Assembly (NCBI GenBank): GCA_963790475.1
Contig: CAWBOS010000012.1
Coordinates: 1,504,001-1,568,000 of the forward strand
Origin: an uncultured delta proteobacterium
GTDB lineage: Bacteria; Desulfobacterota; RBG-13-43-22
DNA length: 64,000 nucleotides
Direction: 5' to 3'
Position 1 is the stretch's first letter. Every line of letters begins with the position of its first letter. Shown piece by piece: positions 28,301 through 37,566 of the stretch. Under the pieces are notes generated by a model. That model was not told where the DNA came from, did no database searches, and saw nothing but the letters and a program-made list of their open reading frames with translations. The translations under genes and the position numbers were made by a program.

Positions 28301-29619
28301 TGGTAATATTCTGCAATATCGTAAAGCTCCCTTCGTTCATAGAGAAAATTGGGTGCCCGTTTGCGCCCCAACTGCACATATTCCGGGTAGGTGAGGAGTG
28401 GGCCGGCCAGGGTTCTGGATTTTTTTTCCAGAATTCGAAAAATCTCCAGGAGGGCCTGTCCCTGTTCCTTCCGCCAGCGGCTTTCATCGGTGGTCAGACT
28501 GCGGGCCAGCCCTTCCAGGCCGGCGAACCCGGTTTTGCTTTGTAGAAAAACCTGAATCCTTGGTGCGGTCTCCAGGTTGACTAATCCGAGGAGACCTTCC
28601 TTTAATTCCAATACCCGGTCCCGAGACTGGGGTCCCTGAAGATAAGCCAGGGAAAGGCTTTTCCACCGTTCCAGCCGGAACACCGGTTTGGCCCCTTTGA
28701 TAATGGACCGGATTTCTTCCCAGACCAATTCGGCATCGTACCGGGAGTATAACCGGTGATTCCGGAAGAGGGCTTCGAATTCCCGCAGCCGGACTTCCCT
28801 GTCCGGGTTGAACGCCCCGACCGCAGGGCCGAGCAGGTCACGAAGCAGGTCCCGGAAGACGTAAAAGTCCGGTAGTGAGACGGCGTCTTCCAAGCCGGTC
28901 TGGGCCGTCAGCCCGGCATAGAGGCGCCGGCTGAAATCCCTCAGGAAAGGGTTATAGGTCAAAAACAATTTCCGTTGGCCGGCAAATTCAGGCTTGAGCA
29001 GATAATATACGGCCAGGGTGGTCTTGCCGCTGCCGGCGGTGCCCGAAATAAGGACCGGCGGGGAGGTTTCCAGGACCCGGGCCTGCTCTTCGGTCAAATA
29101 AAGAAACAACTCCACCTCATCCGGTTTCCCGGCCTCCCGGAGCCGCTCCCATTCGTCATTGTTCAGTACCAGCCACCGCTGGGGTCCGTAATCGTCCGGC
29201 ACCTGCGCTTCGATGGCCTCCTGGCTGTAGACCGCCGAGGGCAATTCGTCCAGGATGACTTCCGGGAAATCTTCTTCGCTTTCCGGGGCAAAATCCAGGA
29301 AGGGGGCGTTTTCCGGCAGGACCCGTCGGGCCTTCCGGCTGACTTCGTCGTGGCCGATCAGCCCCCAGATATAGACCGCCGTCTGGGAACCCCTCTTCCC
29401 CAAGGTGAAAAGCATCCGGTTCGAGCGGGAAAAACGGGCCTCAAAAACGACTCTCCTCGAGCTGCCATTCAGCTTTTTGACCCGCAGCCCTGCGTCCCAC
29501 AATCCGGCCCGCAGGAACTCCAGTTTTTCCGAAAGCCTTTCCTTTTCCTTGGCGCCCATCAACGGTAGGGCCTTCTTAAGACATTCGTTGAGCAGCAGGA
29601 TATATTTTTGTCCGGACAT
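25387..29619 (-). CDS. Large fusion: RelE-like N-terminal domain, UvrD/SF1 helicase and TPR-repeat tail (TRANK1-like architecture)
   Basis: GTAGSGKTT, CDEVQD, GDTKQ, NFRC, AKGLEFD, LYVAITRARN; about 650 aa of TPR-like AAxxFExxG repeats; ATG 29619 with GAGGA RBS. Confidence 0.85.
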   Translation of the reverse strand: MSGQKYILLLNECLKKALPLMGAKEKERLSEKLEFLRAGLWDAGLRVKKLNGSSRRVVFEARFSRSNRMLFTLGKRGSQTAVYIWGLIGHDEVSRKARRVLPENAPFLDFAPESEEDFPEVILDELPSAVYSQEAIEAQVPDDYGPQRWLVLNNDEWERLREAGKPDEVELFLYLTEEQARVLETSPPVLISGTAGSGKTTLAVYYLLKPEFAGQRKLFLTYNPFLRDFSRRLYAGLTAQTGLEDAVSLPDFYVFRDLLRDLLGPAVGAFNPDREVRLREFEALFRNHRLYSRYDAELVWEEIRSIIKGAKPVFRLERWKSLSLAYLQGPQSRDRVLELKEGLLGLVNLETAPRIQVFLQSKTGFAGLEGLARSLTTDESRWRKEQGQALLEIFRILEKKSRTLAGPLLTYPEYVQLGRKRAPNFLYERRELYDIAEYYQGKLEEQGLWDEIDLCRRVLDRLGRGADPQTSYNLVVCDEVQDFADVQLSLIFRLAGSPENVVLAGDTKQIINPSGFRWEEVRNKFFERGIQVPRVHSLRINFRCVGNVVKLANALLDLKQRLIGLAGSEIREEWKFNGKPPFLLTDMEEGKILSQLRLRAAGQVILVRDREEQTRLKQVLGTELIFTIQEAKGLEFDTVLVWKFSADPKSAPLWRRILNGRELERSGQPHLRHEINLLYVAITRARNTLIIYDPGAEIWNLTELVEFLFSTSDSEALPRLWHRVSSPEEWADQGDYFLEREYYPAALECYKNAGSLDRAEIAQAFVWEQRKQFREAAPLFEKHSYWPQAGACYERSGSWELAMDIWEKLKDHERAALCRIFLYEQQGEFDRAAEEWLRRKEITKALENWRKAGNHQRLGEYLAANKKYPEAAEAFAAGRLYRQAAVLFKKLKKLDRAADLFYQAGNWAEAAAMYKRLKNQARLLECYVKGGDDYQTALLHEKNGDLAAAMEAFTRFARTGKEQAALMEKEKSQAVLKNNLLKAAVRSFALGQYEESAAFFFKKRFYNLAAPQYQALGNHESAADCFYNLGDYYQAALEIEQSQLPDKWEQAAEFLSFHLGEGRQETRKELKLLQEGEQFLKEGSPDRALVRFKAVNAPDLVREAYRKTGRDEEALDYFLRGNRLEEAGRYVKEAAGPKITLPFLQALLHKYLETDNHYRLRTEAQVFIAELLTRLLEKGNKEEWRPGVEQFISSLPFWGSSLPGPVLNFLLQTRNYNGIFEAVREGTLFAKSISQNLKKFIAELKRLAAREKDPALLACYQFYQDKDAFETSLDRIEMTGWNYRLFGESPRHYRQAVEFLLGERKTEEAVHLARRHRNLQLAGHILEETKFYSEAGRTYRDGGHNEEALRCFKAIGDEAGEARVYERMNRLEEALGIWKKRGNLREAARLQKKVDKEKAITSQLSLFKTR

Positions 29620-29704
29620 CACCGGTTCCTCATTAAAAGTGCGAACGCATAAAGATCTTAAAGACCGGGCTCTCACAAGAGCCGATGTAAATGGGCAATT
29701 TTAA

Positions 29705-29848
29705 TTTTTCCATCGCGGAGAGGCAAAGGGCCCAAAGAAGAAATATTTTTTATTGATTGTCTCGCCGTTGGCGGGATTCAATCCACCTCTTATGGGATTG
29801 AACGAAAATAATTCTTCTGCGATCTTTGCGGCTTGGAGGTGAACAAAA
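29705..29848. repeat. Palindromic intergenic element with 9-mer repeats
   Basis: catcgcggagaggcaaagggcccaaag ... ctgcgatctttgcggcttggaggtg with internal hairpins. Confidence 0.6.
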
Positions 29849-29869
29849 ACTTTTTCTTCAAGCACCTTT

Positions 29870-30640
29870 TTATTTCCCCTTGAAATGCGGTTCTCTTTTT
29901 TCGACAAAGGCATTTGCGGCCTCCTGCCGATCCTCGCTCAGTTCCTGGGGCAAAACATAGTCCACATATTCTCTTTCCACTTTTCGTCCGGATCGTTCCG
30001 TCTGGGTGTAATATCCGTATTTCACCGACCTGATAAACAGCGGTGGAACCATCTTCAACAGTTCGGCCCATTTTTCAGCTTCTTTTATCAGCCCATCATC
30101 AGACACAACGTCATTGACCAGGCCGAATCCCATGGCTCGCTGAGCACTCATCAAGCGTCCGCCTTTCCAGGAGAGGAGCATGAATTCCAGGGCGATCTTG
30201 AAAGGCATATAGGGGGCATATTGAGGCGGGATCTGGGCCACACCGGCCCTGCTTTCCGGATAGCCGAAAAGGGCATTTTCGGAGGCAATGGTGATGTCAC
30301 AACCCGTCACGGCAATGATGTACCCCAGTCCGAGAGCGTAGCCGCGGACGGCCCCGACAATCGGCTTGAAAAGGTCCGTGCCGTTCAAGGGGTAGGCCTC
30401 GTGGTATTCCCAGGGTTTTCCCATTTTTCGATCTTCATCGGTCAGGTCGACGCCCACGGAGAAGGACTTGCCATTAGCGCTCAAGATGGCGACTTGGGCC
30501 TCCGAATCTTTCTCAAAGCGCTTCCAGGCGTCCCGCAGGGAGAAACTCATTTCCAGATTGAAGGCGTTCAATTTTTCCGGCCGATTCAGGGTGATGTAGG
30601 CTATGTTGTTCTTCACTTCGTACAAAACCGTATCAGACAT
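29870..30640 (-). CDS. Enoyl-CoA hydratase/isomerase family protein
   Basis: ITLNRPEKLNA, FSVGVDL, KPIVGAVRGYALGLG, EKREPHFKGK. Confidence 0.92.
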   Translation of the reverse strand: MSDTVLYEVKNNIAYITLNRPEKLNAFNLEMSFSLRDAWKRFEKDSEAQVAILSANGKSFSVGVDLTDEDRKMGKPWEYHEAYPLNGTDLFKPIVGAVRGYALGLGYIIAVTGCDITIASENALFGYPESRAGVAQIPPQYAPYMPFKIALEFMLLSWKGGRLMSAQRAMGFGLVNDVVSDDGLIKEAEKWAELLKMVPPLFIRSVKYGYYTQTERSGRKVEREYVDYVLPQELSEDRQEAANAFVEKREPHFKGK

Positions 30641-30691
30641 GTTGGTGACCTCCTTTATTCGTAGCACTTTAAGTGTTTGAAAAAGAGTTTT

Positions 30692-30882
30692 TATTCACCG
30701 CAAAGCCGCAAAGAACGCAAAGAGTTTTTTTTGAACAATCCCGTGAAAGGAGGGATTGTTCAAACCGGCTCTGGCCTCCGGCCAAATCATTGCCTGAGGG
30801 CAGGGAAGCTTCTCTATTGCAGGCCGCTCACCTGCAATAGAGGAATGTTTTTCTTTGCGCCCTCTGTGTCTCTGCGGTGAAA
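30692..30882. repeat. Palindromic intergenic element with 9-mer repeats
   Basis: ttcaccgcaaagccgcaaagaacgcaaag ... ctttgcgccctctgtgtctctgcggtgaa plus two internal hairpins. Confidence 0.75.
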
Positions 30883-30931
30883 GCAGGTGTTTCAAAAAGC
30901 TAATTTAATACAAAAATTCAAGTAGGACTGG

Positions 30932-31792
30932 TTAGTCTTTTCCGCTCAGGCCGGCTTTTTTCAGCCAGGGCAGTGAAAGTTGATAATTTTTCTTGGCCAC
31001 ATTGGTCCTGGCAAAACCGCCTTGACTGGGAGGAGTCATCGTTCCGGTGCGGGTAGCCGTCATAAGGCAGAAATTATTGAAAGACGATTCCACCTCGGCG
31101 TTCAGGCCCATGGTTTCTTCCATATGGTTGATGGAGAATTTGCACAACCTGACCCAGTAAGGGACATCCAGGTAGTTTTCCGCCACCCTCTGGGCATAGG
31201 CCAGGGTCTCTTTTTCCAAAGTTTCCGGATCGAAGATCCGGTTGACAAACCCATAGGAGAGGGCTTCCCGGGCGGTCATGAAACGATGCTCGAAAAGTAT
31301 TTCTTTGGCCCGCCGGGGTCCTATGTCATAGGGTACGGAAAAATATTCCACGAAGCCGGGAAGGAATTGGGCATCCTCGGCGGCGAAGAGAATATCCATG
31401 GAGGCGGCTACCATCCAGCCGCCGAAGATACAATAGCCATGGACCATGGCTATTGTGGGTTTGGGCAGGTTACGCCAGGCCAGGCAAAATTCGACATACA
31501 TTTTTCGCATGTCTTCAAACCAGGGCGTTAAACCCTGTTCGGCGCGTACGGCATAACCTTGTTGTTGTTTGTATTCTCTATCTTCCTCAGTCCCGATATC
31601 GTGCCCCGCCGAAAAGGCCCGTCCAAGGCCGGAGAGGACAATGGCGCCGCACTGCGGATCCTTGGTGGCCATCTTGAGGGCCGAATCCACTTCCTCAAGC
31701 AGTAGATAACTCTGGGCGTTTAGAACCCTGGGCCGATTGAGAATGATTCGGGCCACCTTTCCCGGTTGATAAACAACATGTTTATACTCCAT
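30932..31792 (-). CDS. Enoyl-CoA hydratase/isomerase family protein
   Basis: LNRPRVLNAQ, FSAGHDIG, KPTIAMVHGYCIFGG. Confidence 0.92.
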   Translation of the reverse strand: MEYKHVVYQPGKVARIILNRPRVLNAQSYLLLEEVDSALKMATKDPQCGAIVLSGLGRAFSAGHDIGTEEDREYKQQQGYAVRAEQGLTPWFEDMRKMYVEFCLAWRNLPKPTIAMVHGYCIFGGWMVAASMDILFAAEDAQFLPGFVEYFSVPYDIGPRRAKEILFEHRFMTAREALSYGFVNRIFDPETLEKETLAYAQRVAENYLDVPYWVRLCKFSINHMEETMGLNAEVESSFNNFCLMTATRTGTMTPPSQGGFARTNVAKKNYQLSLPWLKKAGLSGKD

Positions 31793-32090
31793 GGCTGTAC
31801 CTCCTTCAGGTTCGTTGTTTCAATGTTGTAAGTATATAAGCTTTCGTATCATTTACCCAATTTGATGTCAACTCATTGTATGGAGGATTTTCTTGTCTGA
31901 TCGATCCATAGATCTGAGGAGAGAAATTCTAATTTTTGTTAAAATCCTATCGTTCTCAGTGTCCCATTCTCAATTTCTCTCCCTCAAGAGTTTATTGGTG
32001 ACTTTTTCCGGGAATCAATAACCGCGAATTTTCTCCTAAAACCTTTTATCTCTGATTAAGGGATTTAGCCCCTCTTATCGTCAAAAATCC

Positions 32091-32119
32091 TTGCTAAAAA
32101 ATCGTTTCTTCTTTAAAAT
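32091..32119 (+). promoter_or_regulatory. Putative sigma70 promoter of the xseA operon
   Basis: TTGCTA-17 bp-TAAAAT just upstream of ATG 32130. Confidence 0.45.
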
Positions 32120-32129
32120 AAGTAACCAT

Positions 32130-33482
32130 ATGGATTTTCCGGAAAAAGTTTATACTGTCACCCGGCTGACCGAGGAGATAAAAGACTTGCTGGAAGGGGA
32201 ATTTCCCTTTCTCTGGCTGGAAGGGGAGATCTCCAATTTCCGGGTTCCGCCCAGCGGGCATTACTATTTTACCCTGAAAGATTCTTCCTGCCAAATAAGG
32301 GCTGTTTTTTTTAAATCCGGGCAGTTAGGACTGACCTTCAGGCCCGAGAACGGGCTTCAGGTACTGTGTTTCGGCCGTCTGAGTGTCTATTCCGGCCGGG
32401 GCGAATACCAGATAATTCTGGAAAGGATGGAACTGAAAGGTTGGGGCGCCCTTCAACTGGCTTTTGAACAGCTGAAAGAACGATTATTCAAAGAGGGGTT
32501 GTTTGACCAGGAACGAAAGAAACCATTGCCCATTCTACCCAGGCGGGTGGCCGTGGTCACCTCCCCGACCGGGGCCGTTATTCAGGATTTTTTAAGGATT
32601 TTATTTCGCCGTTTCCAAAATATTCAAGTCTCCATCTGCCCGGTTCTGGTGCAGGGAGAAACTGCCTCTTTTGAAATTGAAGAGGCCATTGGACGATTAA
32701 ACCAGTCTTCGTTAGGGATCGAGGTCATTGTCCTGGCCCGAGGAGGAGGTTCCTTAGAGGATCTCTGGCCTTTCAATGAAGAACGGGTGGCCCGGGCCAT
32801 TGCGGCTTCCTCCATCCCGGTTATCTCGGCCATCGGGCACGAGGTGGATTTTACCATCGCTGATTTTGCGGCCGACCTCAGGGCCTCAACCCCTTCGGCT
32901 GCCGCGGAATTATTGATTCAACCCCAACAAGAATGGGAATCCCATATTAAGGAGCTCCGGGATCGGCTGGTCCGGCAGGTTCTCCGGAAAATAGATCTTT
33001 ATCAGGAAAAACTTTTTCATTTTCAGAAACGGATCGGGGATCCCCGCCGGGGTTTAATTGACCTGACCCTCCGGTTGGATGATTATGAGGTCCGCCTTCG
33101 CCTGGCCCTTCAAAGAATCTTGGGGAAAAAGCGGGATAATCTGGGATGGATTCAGGATAAGTTAGTGATGAGAAACCCGCAAGGAATGATCCTGGCCGCA
33201 GGCAACAGTCTGGAAATTCAAAAAATGAAATTAAAAGGGCTGTTCATTCGAAAACTGGAAAAATTAGAGATGGACCTGCAGGGTCAGGATAAAACGCTTC
33301 AGGCCTTGAGCCCCTGGGGGATATTGGACCGGGGTTATGCCCTGGTCCGGACCCTGCCGGAATTAACCCTGGTAAAAGAAGTGGAGGACGCCCCTCCCGG
33401 CCGGCAGGTCCGGGTATCCATAGCCCGGGGAGAATTGGATTGTTTAGTGGAGCAGACCCGAAAAAACCTCGAAGTTGCATAA
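32130..33482 (+). CDS. xseA: Exodeoxyribonuclease VII large subunit
   Basis: GEISNF...SGHYYFTLKD, RGGGSLEDLWPFNEE, GHEVD, TPSAAAE. Confidence 0.97.
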   Translation: MDFPEKVYTVTRLTEEIKDLLEGEFPFLWLEGEISNFRVPPSGHYYFTLKDSSCQIRAVFFKSGQLGLTFRPENGLQVLCFGRLSVYSGRGEYQIILERMELKGWGALQLAFEQLKERLFKEGLFDQERKKPLPILPRRVAVVTSPTGAVIQDFLRILFRRFQNIQVSICPVLVQGETASFEIEEAIGRLNQSSLGIEVIVLARGGGSLEDLWPFNEERVARAIAASSIPVISAIGHEVDFTIADFAADLRASTPSAAAELLIQPQQEWESHIKELRDRLVRQVLRKIDLYQEKLFHFQKRIGDPRRGLIDLTLRLDDYEVRLRLALQRILGKKRDNLGWIQDKLVMRNPQGMILAAGNSLEIQKMKLKGLFIRKLEKLEMDLQGQDKTLQALSPWGILDRGYALVRTLPELTLVKEVEDAPPGRQVRVSIARGELDCLVEQTRKNLEVA

Positions 33483-33561
33483 AAAAACAGGGGGCGATTT
33501 AGAAATTTTTCCAATAGGAACACAAAGTTTTCCAATATCGAGGTAAAGGAGGACGGTCCTT

Positions 33562-33798
33562 TTGGCCAAAGATCGATTTGAAGACACGTTTAAGAAATTA
33601 GAAACGATCGTCAATAAATTAGAAAGCGGTGATCTTTCTTTAGAAGATTCCATGAAGTTGTTTGAGGAAGGGATGCGGTTGTCCCATCTATGTTCCGAAA
33701 GGCTGGCCGAGGTCCAAAGAAGGGTGGAGGTTCTGCTCAAGTCGGAGGGCGGAGGGTTTCAAGCACAGCCATTTCCTTTTGAAGAGGAGAAGGAGTAG
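33562..33798 (+). CDS. xseB: Exodeoxyribonuclease VII small subunit
   Basis: FE...LETIVNKLESGDLSLEDSMKLFEEG. Confidence 0.95.
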   Translation: MAKDRFEDTFKKLETIVNKLESGDLSLEDSMKLFEEGMRLSHLCSERLAEVQRRVEVLLKSEGGGFQAQPFPFEEEKE

Positions 33799-33799
33799 C

Positions 33800-34696
33800 T
33801 TGGTCAGGCCTCTTCCGGAGGAACTCAATAGACTTCAAGAAAGGGTGGATGAGGGACTCCGGTCTTATTTTCCTCCGGCTGCTCCCTATACCCATCGGGT
33901 GCGAAAGGCCATGGAGTACAGTTTGTTCGCCGGAGGCAAACGGATCAGGCCGATTTTGTGTTTGCTGGCCTGTAAGGCTGTGGGAGGAAGGATGATCAAG
34001 GCCCTCCCTGCGGCCTGTGCCCTGGAATATATCCATACTTATTCTCTGATTCATGATGATCTTCCGGCTTTGGACAACGATGATTACCGCAGGGGGTTTC
34101 TTAGCTGTCATAAAAAATTCGGGGAAGCCACGGCTATTCTGGCCGGGGATGCCCTGCTTACCGAGGCCTTTTCTTTGCTGTCCGACCCGGAGGTCATGAA
34201 GAAGGTTCAGGCCCGTACCCGTATCCGGTTGATCCGGGAGATTGCCGTTGCAGCCGGAATTCAGGGCATGGTGGCCGGACAAGAAGCCGATTTGGAGGCC
34301 GAGAAAAAAAAGGTTTCCCTGGATTATTTGCGATATATCCACAATCATAAAACCGGGGCGCTGATTATGGCCTCGCTGGTTTGCGGTGGGCTGATCGGAG
34401 AAGGAATAACCTGGGAAATCCGGGCCTTGAGGAGATTCGGAGAAAAGATCGGCCTGGCCTTTCAGATCAAAGACGATATGTTGAATGTGGAAGGACAAGC
34501 CAAGGTCATGGGAAAGAAAACGGGCACGGATGAAAAAAAGGCCAAGGCGACCTATCCGGTCAGGATGGGTATGGAAAAATCCAAGACCTCAGCCCAGGAA
34601 CTGCTGGACGAGGCCAAAGATGCCCTGGGGATCTTTGGGAAGGGTGCCAGTCCCTTGAAGGCCATAGGGGCCTATATTCTTTCACGGGACAGGTGA
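33800..34696 (+). CDS. ispA: Geranyl/farnesyl diphosphate synthase
   Basis: GGKRIRP, SLIHDDLPALDNDDYRRG, FQIKDD; probable TTG start at 33800. Confidence 0.93.
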   Translation: MVRPLPEELNRLQERVDEGLRSYFPPAAPYTHRVRKAMEYSLFAGGKRIRPILCLLACKAVGGRMIKALPAACALEYIHTYSLIHDDLPALDNDDYRRGFLSCHKKFGEATAILAGDALLTEAFSLLSDPEVMKKVQARTRIRLIREIAVAAGIQGMVAGQEADLEAEKKKVSLDYLRYIHNHKTGALIMASLVCGGLIGEGITWEIRALRRFGEKIGLAFQIKDDMLNVEGQAKVMGKKTGTDEKKAKATYPVRMGMEKSKTSAQELLDEAKDALGIFGKGASPLKAIGAYILSRDR

Positions 34697-34800
34697 GCTT
34701 GTTGCTGATAGCTCATAGCTCACAGCCCGAAGTTTAAAAATAAATTCTGCTATTACCTATCAACTACGAGCTATCAGCTAAGAGCTTTTTTGATGGATTT

Positions 34801-36732
34801 ATGATGGATAAAAAAGTCAAAATCAACGTCGAAGAAAAGCCGACCTCTTTACTGGATACCATTTCAGGTCCGATGGATCTTAAATCCCTGTCCATGGCCC
34901 AACTGAAACAGTTGGCTGAAGAAATTCGAAAACTGATTATTGAAACCGTTTCTAAGAATGGGGGGCATCTGGCCCCCAATCTGGGAGTGGTTGAATTGAC
35001 CATAGCCCTCCACTATGTGTTTAAGAGTCCTGAAGACAAGATTATCTGGGATGTAGGGCATCAATCCTATACCCATAAAATCCTTACCGGAAGAAGGGAC
35101 CAGTTCCCTACCTTAAGGACCTTCGGAGGATTGAGCGGTTTCCCCAAACGGCAGGAAAGTCCCCATGATATTTTTGATACCGGTCATAGCGGGAACTCCA
35201 TATCGGTTGGATTGGGGATAACAGCGGCCAAAGGATTGAAAAAGGAAGCCTCTAAGACCATAGCCGTTATCGGCGATGGATCCATGACCGCAGGGGAGGC
35301 CTTTGAAGGATTAAACCAGGCCGGACATCTTAACCAGGACCTGATCGTGGTTTTGAACGACAACGAGATGTCCATATCTCAAAATGTGGGGGCCCTTTCT
35401 TCTTTTTTGAGTAAGCGTCTGACCGGCAAAGGTTTTGTACAGTTCAAAAGAGAGATGGAGTCATTTCTTAAATCCATTCCCGGCATCGGAGAGAACCTGA
35501 TTCAGTTGGCAAAAAAAGGTGAGGATTCCTTTACCGGTTTTTTTACACCGGGGATGCTTTTTGCCGCCTTACACTTTGATTATGTGGGACCGGTGAAAGG
35601 CCACCGGCTGGAGGACCTGATTGCTACTTTTGAAAACATCCGCCATATCCAGGCCCCGGTTCTGGTTCATGTTTTGACCACCAAGGGTAAAGGATATCCG
35701 CCGGCGGAAAAAAACCCCAGTCATTTTCACGGAGTCGGCCCGTTTAACCTGGAGGCCGAGGATCCAACGCTGAAGAAGCCGTCGGAAATTCCAACCTATA
35801 CCGAGGTATTCGGTAAAACCATGGTGGCCCTGGCGGAAAAAGATCCGCGGATAGTGGCCATTTCCGCGGCTATGCCCGAAGGGACCGGATTGAATCTTTT
35901 TACCCAACGATTTCCAGGGCGGTTTTTTGATGTGGGAATTGCTGAACAACATGCCGTCACCTTTGCCGCCGGATTGGCCCTGGAGGGTTTAAAACCCGTT
36001 GTAGCCATCTATTCCACTTTTATCCAAAGGGCTTACGATCAGGTGCTTCAGGATGTTTGTCTGCCGGGTATCCCGGTGATCTTTGCCCTGGATCGGGCCG
36101 GGATTGTCGGAGAGGACGGGCCTACCCATCAAGGTCTTTTCGACCTTTCCTTCCTCCGGCCTCTGCCTAATATGGTGGTCATGGCCCCCAAGGACGAAAG
36201 GGAATTGCGGGACATGCTTTATTCCGCCCCGACCTATAACCACCCGGTGGCCATCCGCTACCCCCGAGGGGTCGGGGTTGGGGTATCCCTGAACGGAGAG
36301 GTCGAGGCGATTTCCCTCGGAAAATGGGAGATCCTCAAAGAAGGAGAAGACCTGGCCATACTGGCTATCGGTAATACGGTCCATCCGGCCCTGGAAGCAG
36401 CCCAGCGGTTGACTTTTGAAGGAAAATCGGCCACGGTAATCAATGCCCGTTTTCTAAAACCTATGGATGAAGGACTTTTAGCCGAAACGGCCAAGAAATT
36501 TTCCATCCTCATTACCGTGGAAGAAAATGTGGTCCAGGGAGGGTTCGGCAGTGCGGTTATGGAGAAGCTCAATCTGTTTCCGGCCGCGGGAATCCGGGTA
36601 CGATCTCTGGGTATTCCCGATTGTTTTGTGGAACAAGGGCCTTCCAAGAAAATAAGGAATTTATACGGTCTGGATGCTGAGGGAATTTTCAAGGTCATGA
36701 TGGAAGAACTCCATGGCCCTCAGAATTCCTAA
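34801..36732 (+). CDS. dxs: 1-deoxy-D-xylulose-5-phosphate synthase
   Basis: GGHLAPNLG, WDVGHQ, GDGSMTAG...NDN, IAEQH, DGPTHQG. Confidence 0.98.
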   Translation: MMDKKVKINVEEKPTSLLDTISGPMDLKSLSMAQLKQLAEEIRKLIIETVSKNGGHLAPNLGVVELTIALHYVFKSPEDKIIWDVGHQSYTHKILTGRRDQFPTLRTFGGLSGFPKRQESPHDIFDTGHSGNSISVGLGITAAKGLKKEASKTIAVIGDGSMTAGEAFEGLNQAGHLNQDLIVVLNDNEMSISQNVGALSSFLSKRLTGKGFVQFKREMESFLKSIPGIGENLIQLAKKGEDSFTGFFTPGMLFAALHFDYVGPVKGHRLEDLIATFENIRHIQAPVLVHVLTTKGKGYPPAEKNPSHFHGVGPFNLEAEDPTLKKPSEIPTYTEVFGKTMVALAEKDPRIVAISAAMPEGTGLNLFTQRFPGRFFDVGIAEQHAVTFAAGLALEGLKPVVAIYSTFIQRAYDQVLQDVCLPGIPVIFALDRAGIVGEDGPTHQGLFDLSFLRPLPNMVVMAPKDERELRDMLYSAPTYNHPVAIRYPRGVGVGVSLNGEVEAISLGKWEILKEGEDLAILAIGNTVHPALEAAQRLTFEGKSATVINARFLKPMDEGLLAETAKKFSILITVEENVVQGGFGSAVMEKLNLFPAAGIRVRSLGIPDCFVEQGPSKKIRNLYGLDAEGIFKVMMEELHGPQNS

Positions 36733-37462
36733 AGTCCGGCTGGACCGGCTCTTGGTGGAAAAAGGTTTGGCCTCTTCCCAGGAAAAGGCCCGCGCTTTGA
36801 TCTATGCCGGAATGGTTCGGGTCGATCAACTTCCGGCTCTGAAACCGGGTAAGGCCATTGATCCCGGATTGCCTTTAGAGGTTAAGCAGGCCGAACATCC
36901 TTATGTGGGGCGCGGTGGGGTAAAATTAGACAAGGCCCTGGCCGACTTCCGGATCGAAGTCCGAGGCAAAACGGCCATGGATATAGGGGCTTCCACCGGA
37001 GGGTTTACCCATTGTCTGCTTTTGAGAGACATAAAACAAGTATATGCCATTGATGTAGGCTATGGCCAACTAGCCTGGGAAATACGTCAGGACCCCCGGG
37101 TAAAGGTCATGGAGAGAAGGAATGTCCGGTTCCTTACCCTGTCCGATATTGGAGAACAGGTAGAATTAATGGTGGTCGATACCTCCTTTATTTCCTTAAC
37201 CATGGTCATTCCGCCCTTGATCCCTATCCTGAAGGATCAGGGAGAAATCGTGGCCTTGATCAAACCTCAGTTTGAAGTGGGAAAAGGAAAAGTCGGAAAA
37301 GGGGGCGTGGTCAGAAATGAAGAAGATCGAAAAACAGTGATAGAGGGCTTGGGCCTTTTTTTTCAGAAAATAGGGCTTTCAGTCCTGGGAACCATGGAAT
37401 CCCCTATTCAAGGGGCCAAGGGGAACCGGGAATTCTTTATGCATTTGAAAAAAGGGGAATAG
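36713..37462 (+). CDS. tlyA: TlyA-family rRNA methyltransferase
   Basis: S4 domain RLDRLL, YVGRGGVKL, DIGASTGGFT, IKPQFE. Confidence 0.95.
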   Translation: MALRIPKVRLDRLLVEKGLASSQEKARALIYAGMVRVDQLPALKPGKAIDPGLPLEVKQAEHPYVGRGGVKLDKALADFRIEVRGKTAMDIGASTGGFTHCLLLRDIKQVYAIDVGYGQLAWEIRQDPRVKVMERRNVRFLTLSDIGEQVELMVVDTSFISLTMVIPPLIPILKDQGEIVALIKPQFEVGKGKVGKGGVVRNEEDRKTVIEGLGLFFQKIGLSVLGTMESPIQGAKGNREFFMHLKKGE

Positions 37463-37566
37463 ACTGAAGGCTGAAGGATGATAAAAACTTTCGGCCGATC
37501 TCCACTTAGTCTTTAACCTTCAGTCTATTTACCTTCAGCCTAAATACCTATATGGAGGTTGTGGAA

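Noticed and set aside
25672-29704. Several long + strand ORFs (236, 219, 314 and 197 aa)
   Set aside because: Antisense shadows of the GC-rich helicase gene.
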